A DNA stretch of 64,000 nt, taken from contig NC_086097.1 in assembly GCF_963921235.1 (NCBI RefSeq), forward strand, positions 242,422,001 through 242,486,000. Reading direction: 5' to 3'. The stretch's first letter is position 1. Every line of letters starts with the position of its first letter. A program made the position numbers and the translations under genes. The notes beneath the pieces are model-generated. The model did not search any database, had not been told where the DNA came from, and saw nothing but the letters and a program-made list of their open reading frames with translations. This stretch comes from Mobula hypostoma (taxonomy: Eukaryota). Below, piece by piece: positions 1-12,899 of the stretch.

Positions 1-323
1 CATCCAGTGAGTCATTTCGATGACCCCAAAGCATCATTAAACACGAGATTATGGCAATGCTGGAAATTTTCAGCAACACAGAGGGAATACAGGGGAAGTT
101 CAGTAAATCAGGCAGTATTTGTAGAGAGGAATAAACAGTCGATGTTTTGGCTGTGAAAGAAAGGTTTTATTTCCTGAAGGCTGTTTCGCATTTTAATTTA
201 TATTTTTCACTCAACTTCAAGTGCCACATCATTGAAATGTTCCCACAACCTATGGTCTCACTTTCAAGGACTCTTCATCTCATTCTCAATATTTATTTAA
301 CCAATAAATAGCAATGCGAGGCG

Positions 324-750
324 CTGAGTTATAAGGAAAGAGTGAATAGGTTGGAACTATATTCCCTAGAATGTAGAAGAATGAGGGGAGATTTGATAGA
401 GGTATACAAATTTAAGAGATATAGATAAATACAAGCAGACTTTTTGCATGGGTTGGGTGGGACTACAACTAGAGGGTTAAGGGTCATGGGTTAAGGTTGA
501 AGATAAAAAGTTTAAGGGGAACATGAGGGGAAACTTCTTCACTCCCAGAGTCGTGAGACTGTAGAATGAGCTGCCAGTGCAAGTGGTGCATGCTAGCTCA
601 ATTTCAATGTTTAATAGGTCAGGTATATGGGAGGGAAGGGTATGGAGGGTTATGGTCCTGGTGCAGGTCAGTGTGACTAAACACTCAGCACAGACTAGAT
701 GGGCCGAAGAGCCCGTTTCTGTGTTGTAGAGTTCGGTGACTTTATGATTC
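324..750 (+). mobile_element. CR1 LINE 3' fragment (decayed)
   Basis: Reads as L-SYKER-NRL-LYSLE-RRMRGDLIEVYK, followed by the CR1-type 3' tail (gggccgaagagcccgtttctgtgttgtag). Boundaries approximate. Confidence 0.7.
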
Positions 751-2104
751 TATTTATTTTTTTTATTTTGTCTTTGCACAGTTTGTTGTCTTGCACGCTG
801 GTCTTTCATTGATTCCATTATGATTATTGGATTCATTGAGTATGCCTGCAAGAAAATGAATCTCAGTATTGTATATGGTGACATATGTACTTTGATAATA
901 AAACTACTTTGAACTTAGAACATATTCTGGCTCCATTTGGGGGGAAAATACAAGCACTCTGAGGGTTTGCGCTCTTTCAATATTAACTTTCAAGACGCTT
1001 GAGTATTACTGTGCAGTGCTAACTCTGGTCCACCTTAGATTTGTACAAGTGCATTCACTAACTGTTGAGAAGCTAGAGAAAGTGAGAGTAGTTGTTAAAT
1101 AGATTTTAAATGTAAGGTTCCATTTATTACCAATAGCAGTAGAAAATGGCGGAGGGTTGTAGCCTCTGCAAACATTTGGATTTTTCCATTTGTTAGCGTT
1201 CTTTGATAAAGAGTCAATTCTTCATTAAATCCTCAACTCCAATCAGCTTTTGTAAAAGGAAGGTAACTAGTTTTGCAAGTACATTGATACACTTCTTTTC
1301 TAATCATTGAACTTAAAATTTGTTCAATGAAGGTGAATAAACAGCTCTCTGTGGAAACTTTCTTTGCTTATTAGTGATAGGTTTGCCTCAGCAACCAAGA
1401 ATTTCAAGGAATCAGAATTTGCTTTATTTTTGCTGACACATGTCATGAAGATGCTGGAAATCCAAAGCAACACACACAAAATGCAGGCCTTTTACCTCTT
1501 ACCTGCCTATTATATCCTTCTGGTCCCTCTATCCTTCCCTTTCTCCTATGATCCACTCTCTTCTCCTATTAAATTCCTTCCTCTTCAGCCCTTTACCCTT
1601 CCAACTCATCTGGTTCACCTAGCACTTTCCAGCTAGCCTCCTTCCCTTTCTTTCTCCCCCACCCCCCACCCCCCCGTACCACAAATTTTTACTCTGGTGT
1701 ATTCCCCCTTCCTTGCCAGTCCCAAAGTAGGATCTTGGCCAAAATGTTGACTCTTTGTTCATTTCCGTAGATGCTGCCTGACCTGCTGAGTTCTTCCAGC
1801 ACTTCATGTGTTCCTTCCCAGATCAGAATTGTGTGTGGTGTGGAGGGAGCTTACAGATGGCGGTGTTCTTGTGTCCCTGAAACTCTCTCCTTGGCGGTAA
1901 AGATTACCGATTCTGTTAGAGCAGTTTGAACAAATATGTGTATCAGTGTTTTAGAGAGTATGCAGAGTAGCCATGGTGTACCAGTGTTGGAGGGAATGTA
2001 GGCTACCAATCAAACAGGCTCTTTTGCCTTTGATGGAGATAACTTCTTAAGTTTTCTCCTAAATCTGCTTTCCCACAAATCAGGACCAGGTTTATTAATT
2101 CTGT

Positions 2105-2203
2105 TTTCGGGGGATGAAAACACCGCTTTAGTGTGGACGGAGGGTCAAAACGAAGAGAAAAAGCTTCGTTTTCAAAATTATCCGGCGTAGTGTGGACGTA
2201 GCC
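2105..2203. mobile_element. One terminus of a PIF/Harbinger-like element
   Basis: Ends ...tccggcgtagtgtggacgtagcc followed by TAA (Harbinger-type TIR and TWA target). It truncates the adjacent hAT ORF; the partner terminus is not seen. Confidence 0.55.
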
Positions 2204-3236
2204 TAAGTTGATTTAGATGAGACATGATGTCACACAAAAAAAGAACACGTGCCATCACCTTGTTGTCACTTAAAAACCTCTTAAATCCTTGGGCTTTTTG
2301 GCTCTGCAGGCTGGATAAAAATGACACAAGCTCATGGCGCAGGTCGTACACCCTCTCCAACACACGGCCTTTGCTCAGCCAGTGAACATCATTATGCAGC
2401 AAAAGATCTTTATGTTCCGCTGACATTTCCTCCAGCAATGCTCTGAAAAGGTGATGTTGCAGACTAGAACTCTCACGAACGAAATTTACCAGTCTCGTCA
2501 CAGTATCCATCGCCCTCTTTCATTTCCCCACACAGTTCAGCGCCCAACACTGATTTGTGAATAATGCAATGAAATGCCAAGAGTGCTGGGTTAACAGCGG
2601 CAAGCCTGCTTACCAAGCCCTTGTGTTGTCCCACCATCGATGAAGCCCCATCGGTGACAACGGACACAATTTTGCTCACATCCAAGCCATTCTTCTCAAA
2701 GAACTGTGTCAATTTGTTAGAAATTATTTCCCCTGTTGTGCGCCCAGGCAGAGGAAGCAAACAAAGTAGCTCTTCCCGAAAGGTCTTCCCATCAAAAAAT
2801 CTTGCGAACACAGACAGCTCTTCCATATCGGTTCGGTCACAGGATGAGTCTATGGCTAGTGATATGGCTTCAGCTTTCTCCAAATCGGTGAGTAGATTGG
2901 GATAACACTCCTCCGCTAAAACTTCTACTGTTCTTGTTACTGTGTTAGCCGACACTGGCATCGTCTTTAAAAGCTCCACAATCCATTTTCTTGGTTTTCT
3001 CATCATGACTTAAAACTTTGCCAACCATATCAATTGCACACGTTTTAATCAACTCGGCATCGCATGCTCTATGGGGGCGTAGGTCAAGTGTACGGTGTGG
3101 AATGAGGTTAAAATAAGAGCAGCGTGCACTTTATTTACATGTTATGACAGGTGCGTTCGCGTAAGTGCCAATGGGTCCAGACATTTGGTTCTCGCGGTCC
3201 GGACCTGGCCCGCGGTCCACCTATTGGGGTTGTCTG
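2204..3236 (-). mobile_element. hAT (Charlie/Buster-like) transposon, truncated and frameshifted
   Basis: ORFs 2473-3006 and 2178-2510 carry SLAIDSSCD, VTDGASSMVG, FHCIIH and HNDVHWLSKG hAT motifs. The terminus reads CAGACAACCCCAA on the - strand and abuts the 8-mer ctatagag (3237-3244, central TA). Confidence 0.85.
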
Positions 3237-3696
3237 CTATAGAGGCTAGTACCTGTGATGGAGCTGACTAATTTTACCACTTTCTGTAGCTGCTTTTGGT
3301 CCCGTGCAGCAGCCTCCCCCACCCCATACCAGACAGTGATGCAGCCTGTGTTGTTTTTACACGATATATGCCCAGTAAAAAAATAATAGCACCCCCTCCC
3401 TGCTTCTATTCCACACTCTGGCCTTTTACCTCTTCTCACCTGCCTATCACCTCCTCGTGGGTCTCCTCCTCCTTCCTCTCCCACCCCCCCTACCTTTTAT
3501 ACGGGCGTCTACCCGTTACTTTTCAGTCATGAAGAAGGATCTTGGCTCGTAACGTGAACTGTGGGTGTTCATTTTCATAGATGCTGCCTGACCTGCTGAG
3601 TTCCTCCAGCATTTTGGGTGTGTTGTCCTGAAGAATGTTGTTTTGCAGCAGCAGTACATCACAATACATAAAAAAATATAAATTACAATGTATATA

Positions 3697-5402
3697 CAGT
3701 ACTGTGCAAAAGTTCTGGGCACATACAGTGCCTATAAACAGTACTCATCCCCACTGGAAGTTTTCATCTTTTATTGTTTGACAGCATTGAATCACAGTGG
3801 TTATAATTTGGCTTTTCTTGACACTGATCAACTGAAAAAGACTCTTGTGTGTCAAAGTGAAAACAGATCTCTACAAAGATGATATAAATTAATTACAAAT
3901 ATAAAAAACATAAAATAATTGATTGAAAGTATTCACTCCCTTTAATATGACACGCCAAGTCATCATTGATGCAGCCAGTTGGTTTGAGAAGTCACATAAT
4001 TAGTTAAATGGCAATTTTTTTTTCAAGTCCTGTGTGCTGTCAAGGTGTTATAACGGACTGTAGTAAAAATACACCTGTACTTGGAAGGTCCAACTGCTGG
4101 TGAGTCAGTATCCTGGCAAAAACTACACCATGAAGACAAAACACTCCAAGCAACCCTACGAAAAAGTTATTGAAAAGCACAGGTCAGGTGATGGATACAG
4201 GAAAATTTCAAAGTCACTGAATATCCCTTGGAGTACAGTTAAGTCAATCATCAGGAAATGAAAAGAATATGGCACGATTGTAAGTCTGCCTAGAGCAGGC
4301 CGTCCTAAAAACCGAATGACCATGCAAGAAGAAAACTAGTGAGGGAGGCCACCCAAGGGACCTATGACAACTCTGGAGAAGTTACAAGCTTCAGTGGCTG
4401 AGATGGGAGAGACTGCGCATACCACAACTATCGCCCAGGTGCTTCACCAGTTGCAGCTTTATGGGAGAGTGACCAAGAGAAAGCCACTCTGGGGGAATAA
4501 AAACTCACATGATATCTCGGCTGGATTTTGCCAGAAGGCATGTGGGAGACCCTGAAGTCAGCTGGAAGAAGGTTCTATGGTCTGATGAAACCAAAATTGA
4601 GCTCTTTGGCCATCATACTAAATGCTATGTTTGGCATAAGCCAAGCACTGCACATCATCAAAAACACACTAACCCTACCGTGAAACATGGTGGTGGCTGC
4701 ATCATGCTGCGGGGATGGTTCACTGCGACGGGCCCTGGAAGGCTTGCAAAAGTAGAGGGTAAAATGAATGCAGCAAAATATGGGAAATCCTGGAAAAAAA
4801 CCTAATGCAGTCTGCAAGAGAACTGCGACTTGGGAGACGATTTGTTTTCCAGCAAGACAATGACCCCAAGCATAAGGCCAAAGCTGCACAAGGATGCTTT
4901 AAAAACAACAAAGTTAATATCCTGGAGTGGCCAAGTCAGAGTCCAGACCTCAATCCAATTGAGAATTCATGGCTGGGCTTGAAAAGGGATGTTCACCCAT
5001 GATCCCCATGTAGTCTAACAGAGTTTGAGCAGTTTTGTAAAGAAGAATGGGGGAAGATTGCAGTGTCCAGCTGTGCAAAGCTGATAGAGACCTATCCTCA
5101 CAGACTCAAAGCTGTAATTGCTGTCAAAGGTGCATCTACTAAATACTAACTTGAAGGGGGTGAGTAATTATGCAATCAATTATTTTGTGTTTAATAATTG
5201 TAATAAATTTAGACCAATTTGTAGAAATTTGTTTTCACTTTGACACAAGTTTTTGCTGTTGATCAGTGTCAAAAAAGCCATATTAAATCCATTGATTCAA
5301 TGTTGTAAAACAATAAAACATGAAAACTTCCAAGGGGGAGTGAATACCTTTTATAGGCACTGTATAGGTGCCTAGGGAGCCTAAGCCTTTTGCACAGTAC
5401 GG
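3697..5402. mobile_element. Tiny Tc1-type MITE split by a full-length Tc1
   Basis: TIRs cagtactgtgcaaaag (3697) and cttttgcacagtacgg (5402), flanked by TA. An uninterrupted copy lies at 13196-13262. Confidence 0.75.
3726..5362 (+). mobile_element. Full-length Tc1/mariner (DD34E) transposon with disrupted transposase
   Basis: TIRs cagtgcctataaa...tttataggcactg, TA TSD at 3724-25 and 5363-64, ~200-bp inverted ends. Motifs [22 protein letters not shown] and [13 protein letters not shown] are split by stops and frameshifts. Confidence 0.93.
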
Positions 5403-6183
5403 TAGTAATTTTATGTATTGCATAGTCCTGCTGATGGGAAAACAATTCATGACATATGTGAGGGACGGTAAACTTGATTCTGATATGGGTCTCTATTGTG
5501 GACTGAGAGTGGGAAGGGGGCAGGGAGAGGGGAATCATGGTTGGGAAAAGGGGAAGGGAGAGGGGAGGGAGCAGGAAGCACCAGAGAACATTCTGTAATG
5601 ATCAATAAACCAATTGTTTGGAATCAAATGACCTTGTCCGAAAATGACCTTGTCCGATGTCTCAGGGCTGGGTGTGTACGCACCCACACCACCCTGTTTG
5701 AACATTAATAACATTTTGAGAGATAAAGCAGAATGCACCGGATGATGCCCGTTGTCATGCACTGTGCGCCTGTAGCTTTCCTGAAATAAACTGTTCCTCA
5801 AGGTCAGGTCCGGAAAGAATGACTATTGTTTTACATTTACAAAAACCCAGTGAGAAAAGGCTGTTGAGTTCCACCTTTATCTGCCATTTTAAATGCCTGC
5901 AGCCATCAGTCACTGCACAGTCTCTGGAGCTGTTACGCTTCTGCATTCTGTTACTGATTTACCTTTTTGTATCTTAGTGCATTGTGCAATGGACTGAATG
6001 CTCATTTACAGCACTTCTCACCGCGATTCAAATAGATCAACTGTGATCGAATAGCGGAGCAGGCTTGGTGGGCTGAATAGCCTAATCTTGCTCCTGTTTT
6101 ATGGTTCCTGAACTGGCATGGATAACTTCACTCACCACAGCTGATTCTACAACCTACAGATGCTACAACATCTCACGTTCCCA

Positions 6184-7103
6184 GACGCCACAGTAGCTTA
6201 GTGATTAGCGTGACACTATTGCTCTTTGGGGTACAGTCGGCCCTCCGTATCCACGGGTTCCGCATCTGCAGATCCAACCAACCGCGGAGCAAAAATATTT
6301 GGGGGAAAAAAAATTCCAGAAAGTTCCAAAAAGCAAAACTTGAATTTGCCGCGTGCTGAGCACTACGCTGAATCCACGTGAATGAGGTGATGTCTAGGCA
6401 TACCCTGCTGTAGCCTCCCGCCATTTCGCAGATCCTCAGTCTCTCTCCAGCACTCATTGTTTGTCTCGCGTCTCGTTCGTTTGCTACTTGTGTTGTGAAC
6501 GAGAGGAAGGAGCTTAAGGCTGGTGAGGGATGGCTGGCTGGCTATGTAAAGTGCTACAGCCTTGAGAACTTAAAGATCACGGGAGAATCGACATCGGCTG
6601 ATGCCGAGGCAGCATCAGCGTTCCCAGAAGAGCTACGATGGTTGCATCTGTACTGAACATGTATAGACTTTTTTTTCTTGTCATTACAGTATAACAACTA
6701 TTTACGTAATATTTACATTGTATTAGGTATTATAAGTAATATACAGAGGATTTAAAGTGTATGGGAGGATGTGCGTAGGTTATATGCAAATACTACGCCA
6801 TTTTATATAAGGGACTTGCATCTGCGGATCTTGGTATCCGCGCGGGGTCCTGGAGCCAATCCCCCATGGATATCGAGGACGATCTTATTTGGAATTCGGA
6901 GTTCATTTCTGGCTCCATCTATGAGGAGCTTGTACCCTCTCCCCGTAATGGCATGGATTTCCTCCGAATGCTTTGGTTTCCTCCCAGACTGCTCTGTAGG
7001 TTAATTGATCATTGTAAATTGTCCTGTGATTAGGCTAGGGTTACATAAGTGGGTTGTTGGGCCAGAAGGGCCTGTTTAGAGCTGTATATCTAAATAAAAT
7101 TAA
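6184..7103 (+). mobile_element. tRNA-derived V-SINE-like element interrupted by a Tigger insertion
   Basis: Head gccacagtagcttagtgattagcg, V-domain-like ctccccgtaatggcatggatttcctccgaatgctttggtttcctcccag, and a CR1-like tail. Confidence 0.6.
6234..6883 (+). mobile_element. Tigger/pogo internally deleted element, MER2-like ends
   Basis: TA-flanked TIR cagtcggccctccgtatcc. 6501-6635 encodes ERKELKAGEGWLAGYVKCYSLENLKITGESTSADAEAASAFPEEL (CENP-B/Tigger HTH region). Both arms resemble the MER2 consensus as I recall it. Confidence 0.8.
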
Positions 7104-7429
7104 ATTATTCTTTTTATTTGCATAATTTTTCTTCTTACAATGGTTATTTATCAGTCACTGTTTTTAGATAGATACTTTATTGATACAAAGGACAATTCCG
7201 TATTTACAAAGTAGAGACAATGCTTTCTTTTGAAACTACATACAGACTTCACACCTCCTGATTCGTATCCATCCCACAGTATCGTCTGGACTGGGATTCA
7301 CAGCTTTCAGGAATGCATTGTTCCAAATTAAATCCACAACACATTTTCAAAGAACAGAAGACTGGCAGCCAAAGCCATTTGCTAAATATAAATAACTTAA
7401 ACCCAAAAAAAACACTCTAACAGTAAGAA

Positions 7430-8945
7430 TGACCTCATATAGCGCTCTTTGGAGCAGCACAGTTGTTTAGTCTATTACTAAGCCAAGATGGCATGCAGAG
7501 GGTTGGAAACATTGTCCAGAAATGCCATGATTTTCTGTAGGGTCCTTTGTTCTACCACAGCCTCCAGTGTGTCCAGTTTGACTCACAGAAACATAGAAAA
7601 TAGGTGCAGGAGTAGGCCATTCAGCCCTTCGAGCCTGCACCGCCATTCAGTATGATCATGGCTGATCATCCAACTCAGAACCCTGTACCAGCCTTCCCTC
7701 CATACCCCCCCGATCCCTTTAGCCACAAGGGCCATATCTAACTCCCTCTTAAGTATAGCCAATGAACTGGTCTCAACTGTTTCCTGTGGCAGAGAATTCC
7801 ACAGATTCACCACTCTCTGTGTGAAGAAGTTTTTCCTAATCTCGGTCCTAAAAGGCTTCCCCTTTATCCTCAAACTGTGACCCCTCGTTCTGGACTTCCC
7901 CAACATCAGGAACAATCTTCCTGCATCTAGCCTGTCCAATCCCTTTAGGATTTTATACGTTTCAATAAGATCCCCCCTCAATCTTCTAAATTCCAATGAG
8001 TATAAGCCTAGTTCATCCAGCCTTTCATCATATGAAAGTCCTGCCATCCCAGGAATCAATCTGGTGAACCTTCTTTGTACTCCCTCTATGGCAAGGATGT
8101 CTTTCCTCAGATTAGGGGACCAAAACTGCACACAATACTCCAGGTGTGGTCTCACCAAGGCCTTGTACAACTGCAGTAGTACCTCCCTGCTCCTGTACTC
8201 GAATCCTCTCGCTATAAATGCCAGCATACCATTTGCCTTTTTCACCGCCTGCTGTACCTGCATGCCCACTTTCAATGACTGGTGTATAATGACACCCAGG
8301 TCTCGTTGCACCTCCCCATTTCCTAATCGACCACCATTCAGATAATAATCTGTTTTCCTGTTTTTGCCACCAAAGTGGATAACCTCACATTTATCCACAT
8401 TAAATTACAGCTGCCTTGAATTTGCCCACTCACCTAACCTATCCAAGTCACCCTGCATCCTCTTAGCAACCTCCTCACAGCTAACACTGCCACCCAGCTT
8501 CGTGTCATCCGCAAACTTGAAGACTCCTATAACAGAGCCAGGCTTTCTCATCAGTTTATTGAGCCTGTTGGCATCACCTGCGTTGATGTCATTGCCCCAG
8601 CACACCATCACATAGAAGATTGTACTGGTGACAACAGACTGGTAGAACATTTGAAGGAGAGGCCTGCATACTCCAAAGGACCTCAGTCTCCTCAGGAAGT
8701 AGAGGCAAATCTGGCCCTTCTTGAACACAGCCTCTGTGTCTGTGCTCCACTCAAGTCTGTCATCCAGGTGCATCCCCAGCTACTTGTAGGTCCTCACCAC
8801 ATCCACGTCCTCACCATCAATAGTAACAGGAGCAGTGCAGGCTTAATCTTCTTAAAGTCCATCACCATCTCTTTTGTCTTACTGACGTTCAGCTGCAGGT
8901 GATTTTGCTTGCACCACTTGACAAAGTCCTCCACCAGGGCCCTGT
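7430..8945 (-). mobile_element. Rex1/Babar-like LINE 3' fragment, split by a CR1
   Basis: HLDDRLEWSTDTEAVFKKGQICLYFLRRLRSF...ANRLNKL..GSVIGV continues as KLDTLEAVVEQR on the far side of the CR1. Confidence 0.8.
7585..8521 (-). mobile_element. 5'-truncated CR1 LINE
   Basis: KFADDTKLGG..., ORF 7583-8398 (VRPHLEYCVQFWSP, RRLRGDLIE, FFTQRVVNLWNSLP), tail tttctatg. TSD gactc at 7580-84 and 8522-26. Confidence 0.92.
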
Positions 8946-11117
8946 GTTAATAAATTTGCCTTTGAGCTTGCAAAGGGACAATTCACAAAGGATCTCCAAA
9001 ACACACTGAAGACTGTTTATACACCTACAATCTACTAGAGTTGAAACTAGTAAGGATCACTTTTTTTAAAACTGCAGAGGAATTGTTTTGAATACCTTGG
9101 TTGTTGTCAGTCCCCATGTAGGTGCTGAGGACCTTCTCCAAATAAGTGAGATGCCACACGTTGGAGACCTGCCCTCTTCTGAGTGGCTCATATAGTTTCT
9201 GCTTTAATAAAGAAGCTGCAGCAAACAATCTTTTTATTATAAATATGTTGTCTTCTTCTTTATGTGGGTGAAACTGTCTGATTGATTGTGGACTTTGGGA
9301 AGGGGCAGTTGGGGGGAACACACACCAGTTCTCATCGATGGGTCGACAATGGAAAGGCTGAGCGGTTTCAAGTTCCTGGATGTCAGTATATCTGAGTGTC
9401 TTTCCTGGGCTCAGCATATTGATGCAATTGTGAAAAATGCATGTCAGTGGCTATATTTCAATAGGAGTTTGAGGAGGTTTGGTATTTCACCAAAGACTCT
9501 AGCAAATTTCTACAGATGTACTGTGGGGAGCATCTGGACTGGTTGAGTCACCGTCTGGTGTGGAGGTACCAATGAACAGGATTGGGGAAAGCTGCAGTAA
9601 GTAAGCTGAGCCAGTCCATCATGGGCACTGGCCTCCCCACCTCTGAGTACATCTTCGAAAGGTGATGGCTCAAGAAGGCAGCATCCATCCTGAAGGACGC
9701 TCACCATCCAGGCCGTGTGATCTACTCATTTCAAGGCACAGGAGCTTGAAGATGCATTTTCAACGTTTCCCTTTCCACCATCAGATTTCTGAACGGTCCA
9801 TGAACACTATTTTACAGTCTCTTTGCACTAATCTTTATATATTCTTGTTTATAATGATTTTATGTATTGCACTGTACTGCTGCTGCAAAACAACAAATTT
9901 CACAACAGTGATAATAAACCTGTTTCGGCCCAAAATGTCGACTGTACTCTTTTCCATAGAGGCTGCCTGGCCTGCTGAGTTCCTCCAGCATTTTGTGTGT
10001 GTGTTGCTCGGATTTCCAGCATCTGCAGCTTTTCTCTTGTTTGTAATAAACTGATTCTGATTCTGTGGGTTGTTCGTAGTATAGAAAAGTGTGCATCTAC
10101 ATTTAAGAACAATTTTTTTATATATATAAGAGGTAGGCAAGTCTAATTACATCAAGCATCGCAGCATTGCTCGATGTTGTGTGAACCCTGGTGCACCTCA
10201 TTCACCAGCTCTTCAGTGCCTTTCAGAAAACCTTGGAGCTCTTCATCAACTCCACAGCTTCTGTCTCCTGCGTGGCGACAGCTGTTCGACTGCCATACAG
10301 ACTAAGTCATCAAGAGATGATGCCCCTTTCTGATTGCTGAGCAGCAAGGTGGTAGCATCTGGAATAAATTGGGAGTATTCCTATTGACCCAGCCAGTTTA
10401 CACTGTCAAAGTCAGAATCAAGTTTGTCATCTGCATAAATACATGTATGCGCAGGTGCAATGAATAACTTAGGGGTGCTAGAAAGTTTGTGAACCCTGTA
10501 GAATTTTCTGTATTTCTGCATAAATATGACCTAAAATATGATCAGATCTTCATGCAAGTCTTAAGATAAAGAGAACCCAATTAAATAAATAACACAAAAA
10601 ATTATAGTCATTCATTCATTTATTGAGAAAAATGATCCAATATTACGTGCACTTGTTAGAAAAAGTATGTGAACCTTTGCTTTCAGTAACTGGTGTGACC
10701 TTGTACAGCAAAAAAATTCAACCAAACATTTCTGGTAACTTGATCAGTCCTGCACATCGACTTGCAGGAATTTTAGGCCATTCCTTCTTACAAAACTGCT
10801 TCAACTCTGGGATGTTGGTGGGCATCCCATAGTTGCTTCAGGTCATTCCACAGCATTTCTTTAGGATTAAGGTCGGACTGTGACTCGGCCATTCCAAAAC
10901 ACAATTTTTCTTCTTTTTAAAGCATTCTGTTGTTCATTTACTCATGTCTTTCGGATCATTGTCTTGTTGCATTACCCAACTTCTTTTAAGCTTCAGGTGA
11001 CAGACTCCTATCCTGATAGTCTCCTGCCAGATGTCTTGATACAATGTTGAATTCATTGTCCCTTCAACAATTTTAGGTGTCCAGGCCCTGAGGCAGCAAA
11101 GCAGCCCCAAACCATGA

Positions 11118-11486
11118 CCTGTTACTCTTTTTAATGCACACATTCTTTCTCTCACTCTCCTTTTTCTCCCTCTGTCCCTCTGAATATACCTCTTGCCCAT
11201 CCTCTGGGTCACCCCCCCCCCCCGTCTTTCTTCCCGGACCTCCTGTCCCATGATCCTCTCGTATCCCCTTTTGCCTATCACCTGTCCAGCTCTCGGCTCC
11301 ATCCCTCCCCCTCCGGTCTTCTCCTATCATTTTGCATCTCCCCCTCCCCCTCCAGCTTTCAAATCCCTTACTCACTCTTCCTTCAGTTAGTCCTGACGAA
11401 GGGTCTCGGCCTGAAACGTCGACTGCGCCTCTTCCTATAGATGCTGCCTGGCCTGCTGCGTTCACCAGCAACTTTGATGTGTGTCG
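11118..11486 (+). mobile_element. Penelope-like element 3' end inserted in Tc1
   Basis: Near-identical to the sequence downstream of the GIY-YIG ORFs at 20.5-20.9 kb and 29.8-30.2 kb. 12-bp TSD cccaaaccatga at 11106-17 and 11487-98. Confidence 0.85.
11389..11424 (+). ncRNA. Minimal type-I hammerhead ribozyme motif (Penelope-associated)
   Basis: AGUC-CUGACGA-A-GGGU(CUCG)GCCU-GAAA-CG-UC^GACU. Stem I AGUC/GACU, intact core, vestigial stem III. Confidence 0.75.
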
Positions 11487-12517
11487 CCCAAACCATGAGG
11501 CTCCTTTCACCGTGCTTCACAGTTGGGATGAAGTTTTGGTATTGGTGAGCAGTGCCCTTTTTCCCTCCAGACATTGCAAAATACATTTCTGCCTTATCTG
11601 TCCACAGAACATTGTCCCAGAGGCACATAGAACATCTAGATGGTCTTTTGCAAACTTGAGTCATGCAGTATTTTTTTTTTGGAGAGCAGTGGTTTCCTTT
11701 GTGGTATCCTTCCATGAACACCATTCTTGTTCAGTGTTTTTTTTTATAGTGGACACATGAAGAGAGACTTTAGCAAGCTTCTGAGATTCTGTGGGGTGCC
11801 GACTCCTAGGGAGAGTAGCAACAGTACTGAGTTTCCTCCATTTGTAGACAGTTTCTCTTACTGCAGACTGATGAACTCTCAGGTCTTTAGAAATGCTTTT
11901 GTAGCCTTTTCCAGCTTCATGCATCTCTACAATTCTTCTTCTGAAAGTTGTTTTGATCAAGGCTTGGTGCACATAAACAGATCTTTCTTGAGAAGAGCAG
12001 GCTTTGTCAGTAACCTGACTTTGCCTTTTTTTATAGGGCAGGGCACCTCTACAACCCACACCTCCAATCTCATCTCATTGATTGGAACACCTGACTCCAA
12101 ATAGCTCTTGTAGAAGGCATTTTCCCAGAGATTCACACACTTTCCAACAGATACATATAATATTGGGCCATTTTTGTCAAATAAATGAACAAGTTTGTGT
12201 TATTTATCTAACTGAGTTTTCTTTATCTCGTTTTAGGACTTGCATGAAGATCTGACCACATTTTAGATCATCTTTATGCAGAAATAGAGGAAATTGTACA
12301 GGATTCACAAACTTTCCAGCACAACTGTAACTGCAGCAGCAGTTTTGCAGACCTTTTGGAGGAACCTAATCTGACATGAGTATAGTGCACATACGATATA
12401 CTACACCTACTATATAGTAGATAGAACAGGAGGGCTCTACAACCAGTTGTTTAAACTGCCTAATACATCACTGGCAGCAGGCATCCTGATATCATGGATT
12501 TACTGTATATACAGAAA

Positions 12518-12899
12518 TCATCATAATTATCTGCCATGTCATAGGACGTGGGTGATCAGTGTCTTTGACCATGATTGTTCTTGCTAAATATATCTACAGA
12601 AGTGGTTTGCCTTCTGGGCAGTGTCTTTACAAGATGGAGGGGACCCCAGCCATTATCAATACTCCTCAGAGATTGTCTGCCTGGCATCAGGGTCACATAA
12701 CCAAGACTTGTCATATGCACCAGCTGCTCATATGACCATCCACCACCTGCTCCCATGGGTTCACTTGACTCTGATATTTGGAGGTGGGGGGGTTGTCTGA
12801 GTAAGTTACTACATCTTGCCGAAGGGTGACCTGCGGGCTAGCTGCGGGAAGGAACGCCTTACACCTCCTTTGGTAGAGATGACTATCCACCCGTCACCC
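12518..12899 (-). mobile_element. RTE-related non-autonomous retroposon
   Basis: No ORF. 3' tail ...gacatggcagataattatgatgat on the - strand, BovB/Sauria-like agaagtggtttgcc segment, degenerate TSD tata(c/t)agaa. Family assignment from recall. Confidence 0.5.

Larger units (their letters stand above)
10470..12327 (-). mobile_element. Tc1 transposon (second family), decayed, with a Penelope insertion
   Basis: TIRs (c)agtggtgctagaaagtttgtgaa...ttcacaaactttccagcacaactg. Fragments RIVEMHEAGKGYKSISK, VLWTD, TVKHG and QQDNDPK. Same family as 41058-42876. Confidence 0.88.

Noticed and set aside
2178..3006. Domesticated GTF2IRD2/ZBED-like gene
   Set aside because: Frameshifted, truncated, and retains a transposon terminus.
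3524..3562. Further hammerhead copies (also ~1718-1752)
   Set aside because: Core nucleotides are mutated; these are old Penelope tail remnants.
12780..12899. Possible HDV-like ribozyme at the 5' end of the 12.5-12.9-kb element (GGGUGAC/GUCACCC pairing)
   Set aside because: A P1-like helix is present, but I could not assign convincing P2, L3 and J4/2 elements in this copy.
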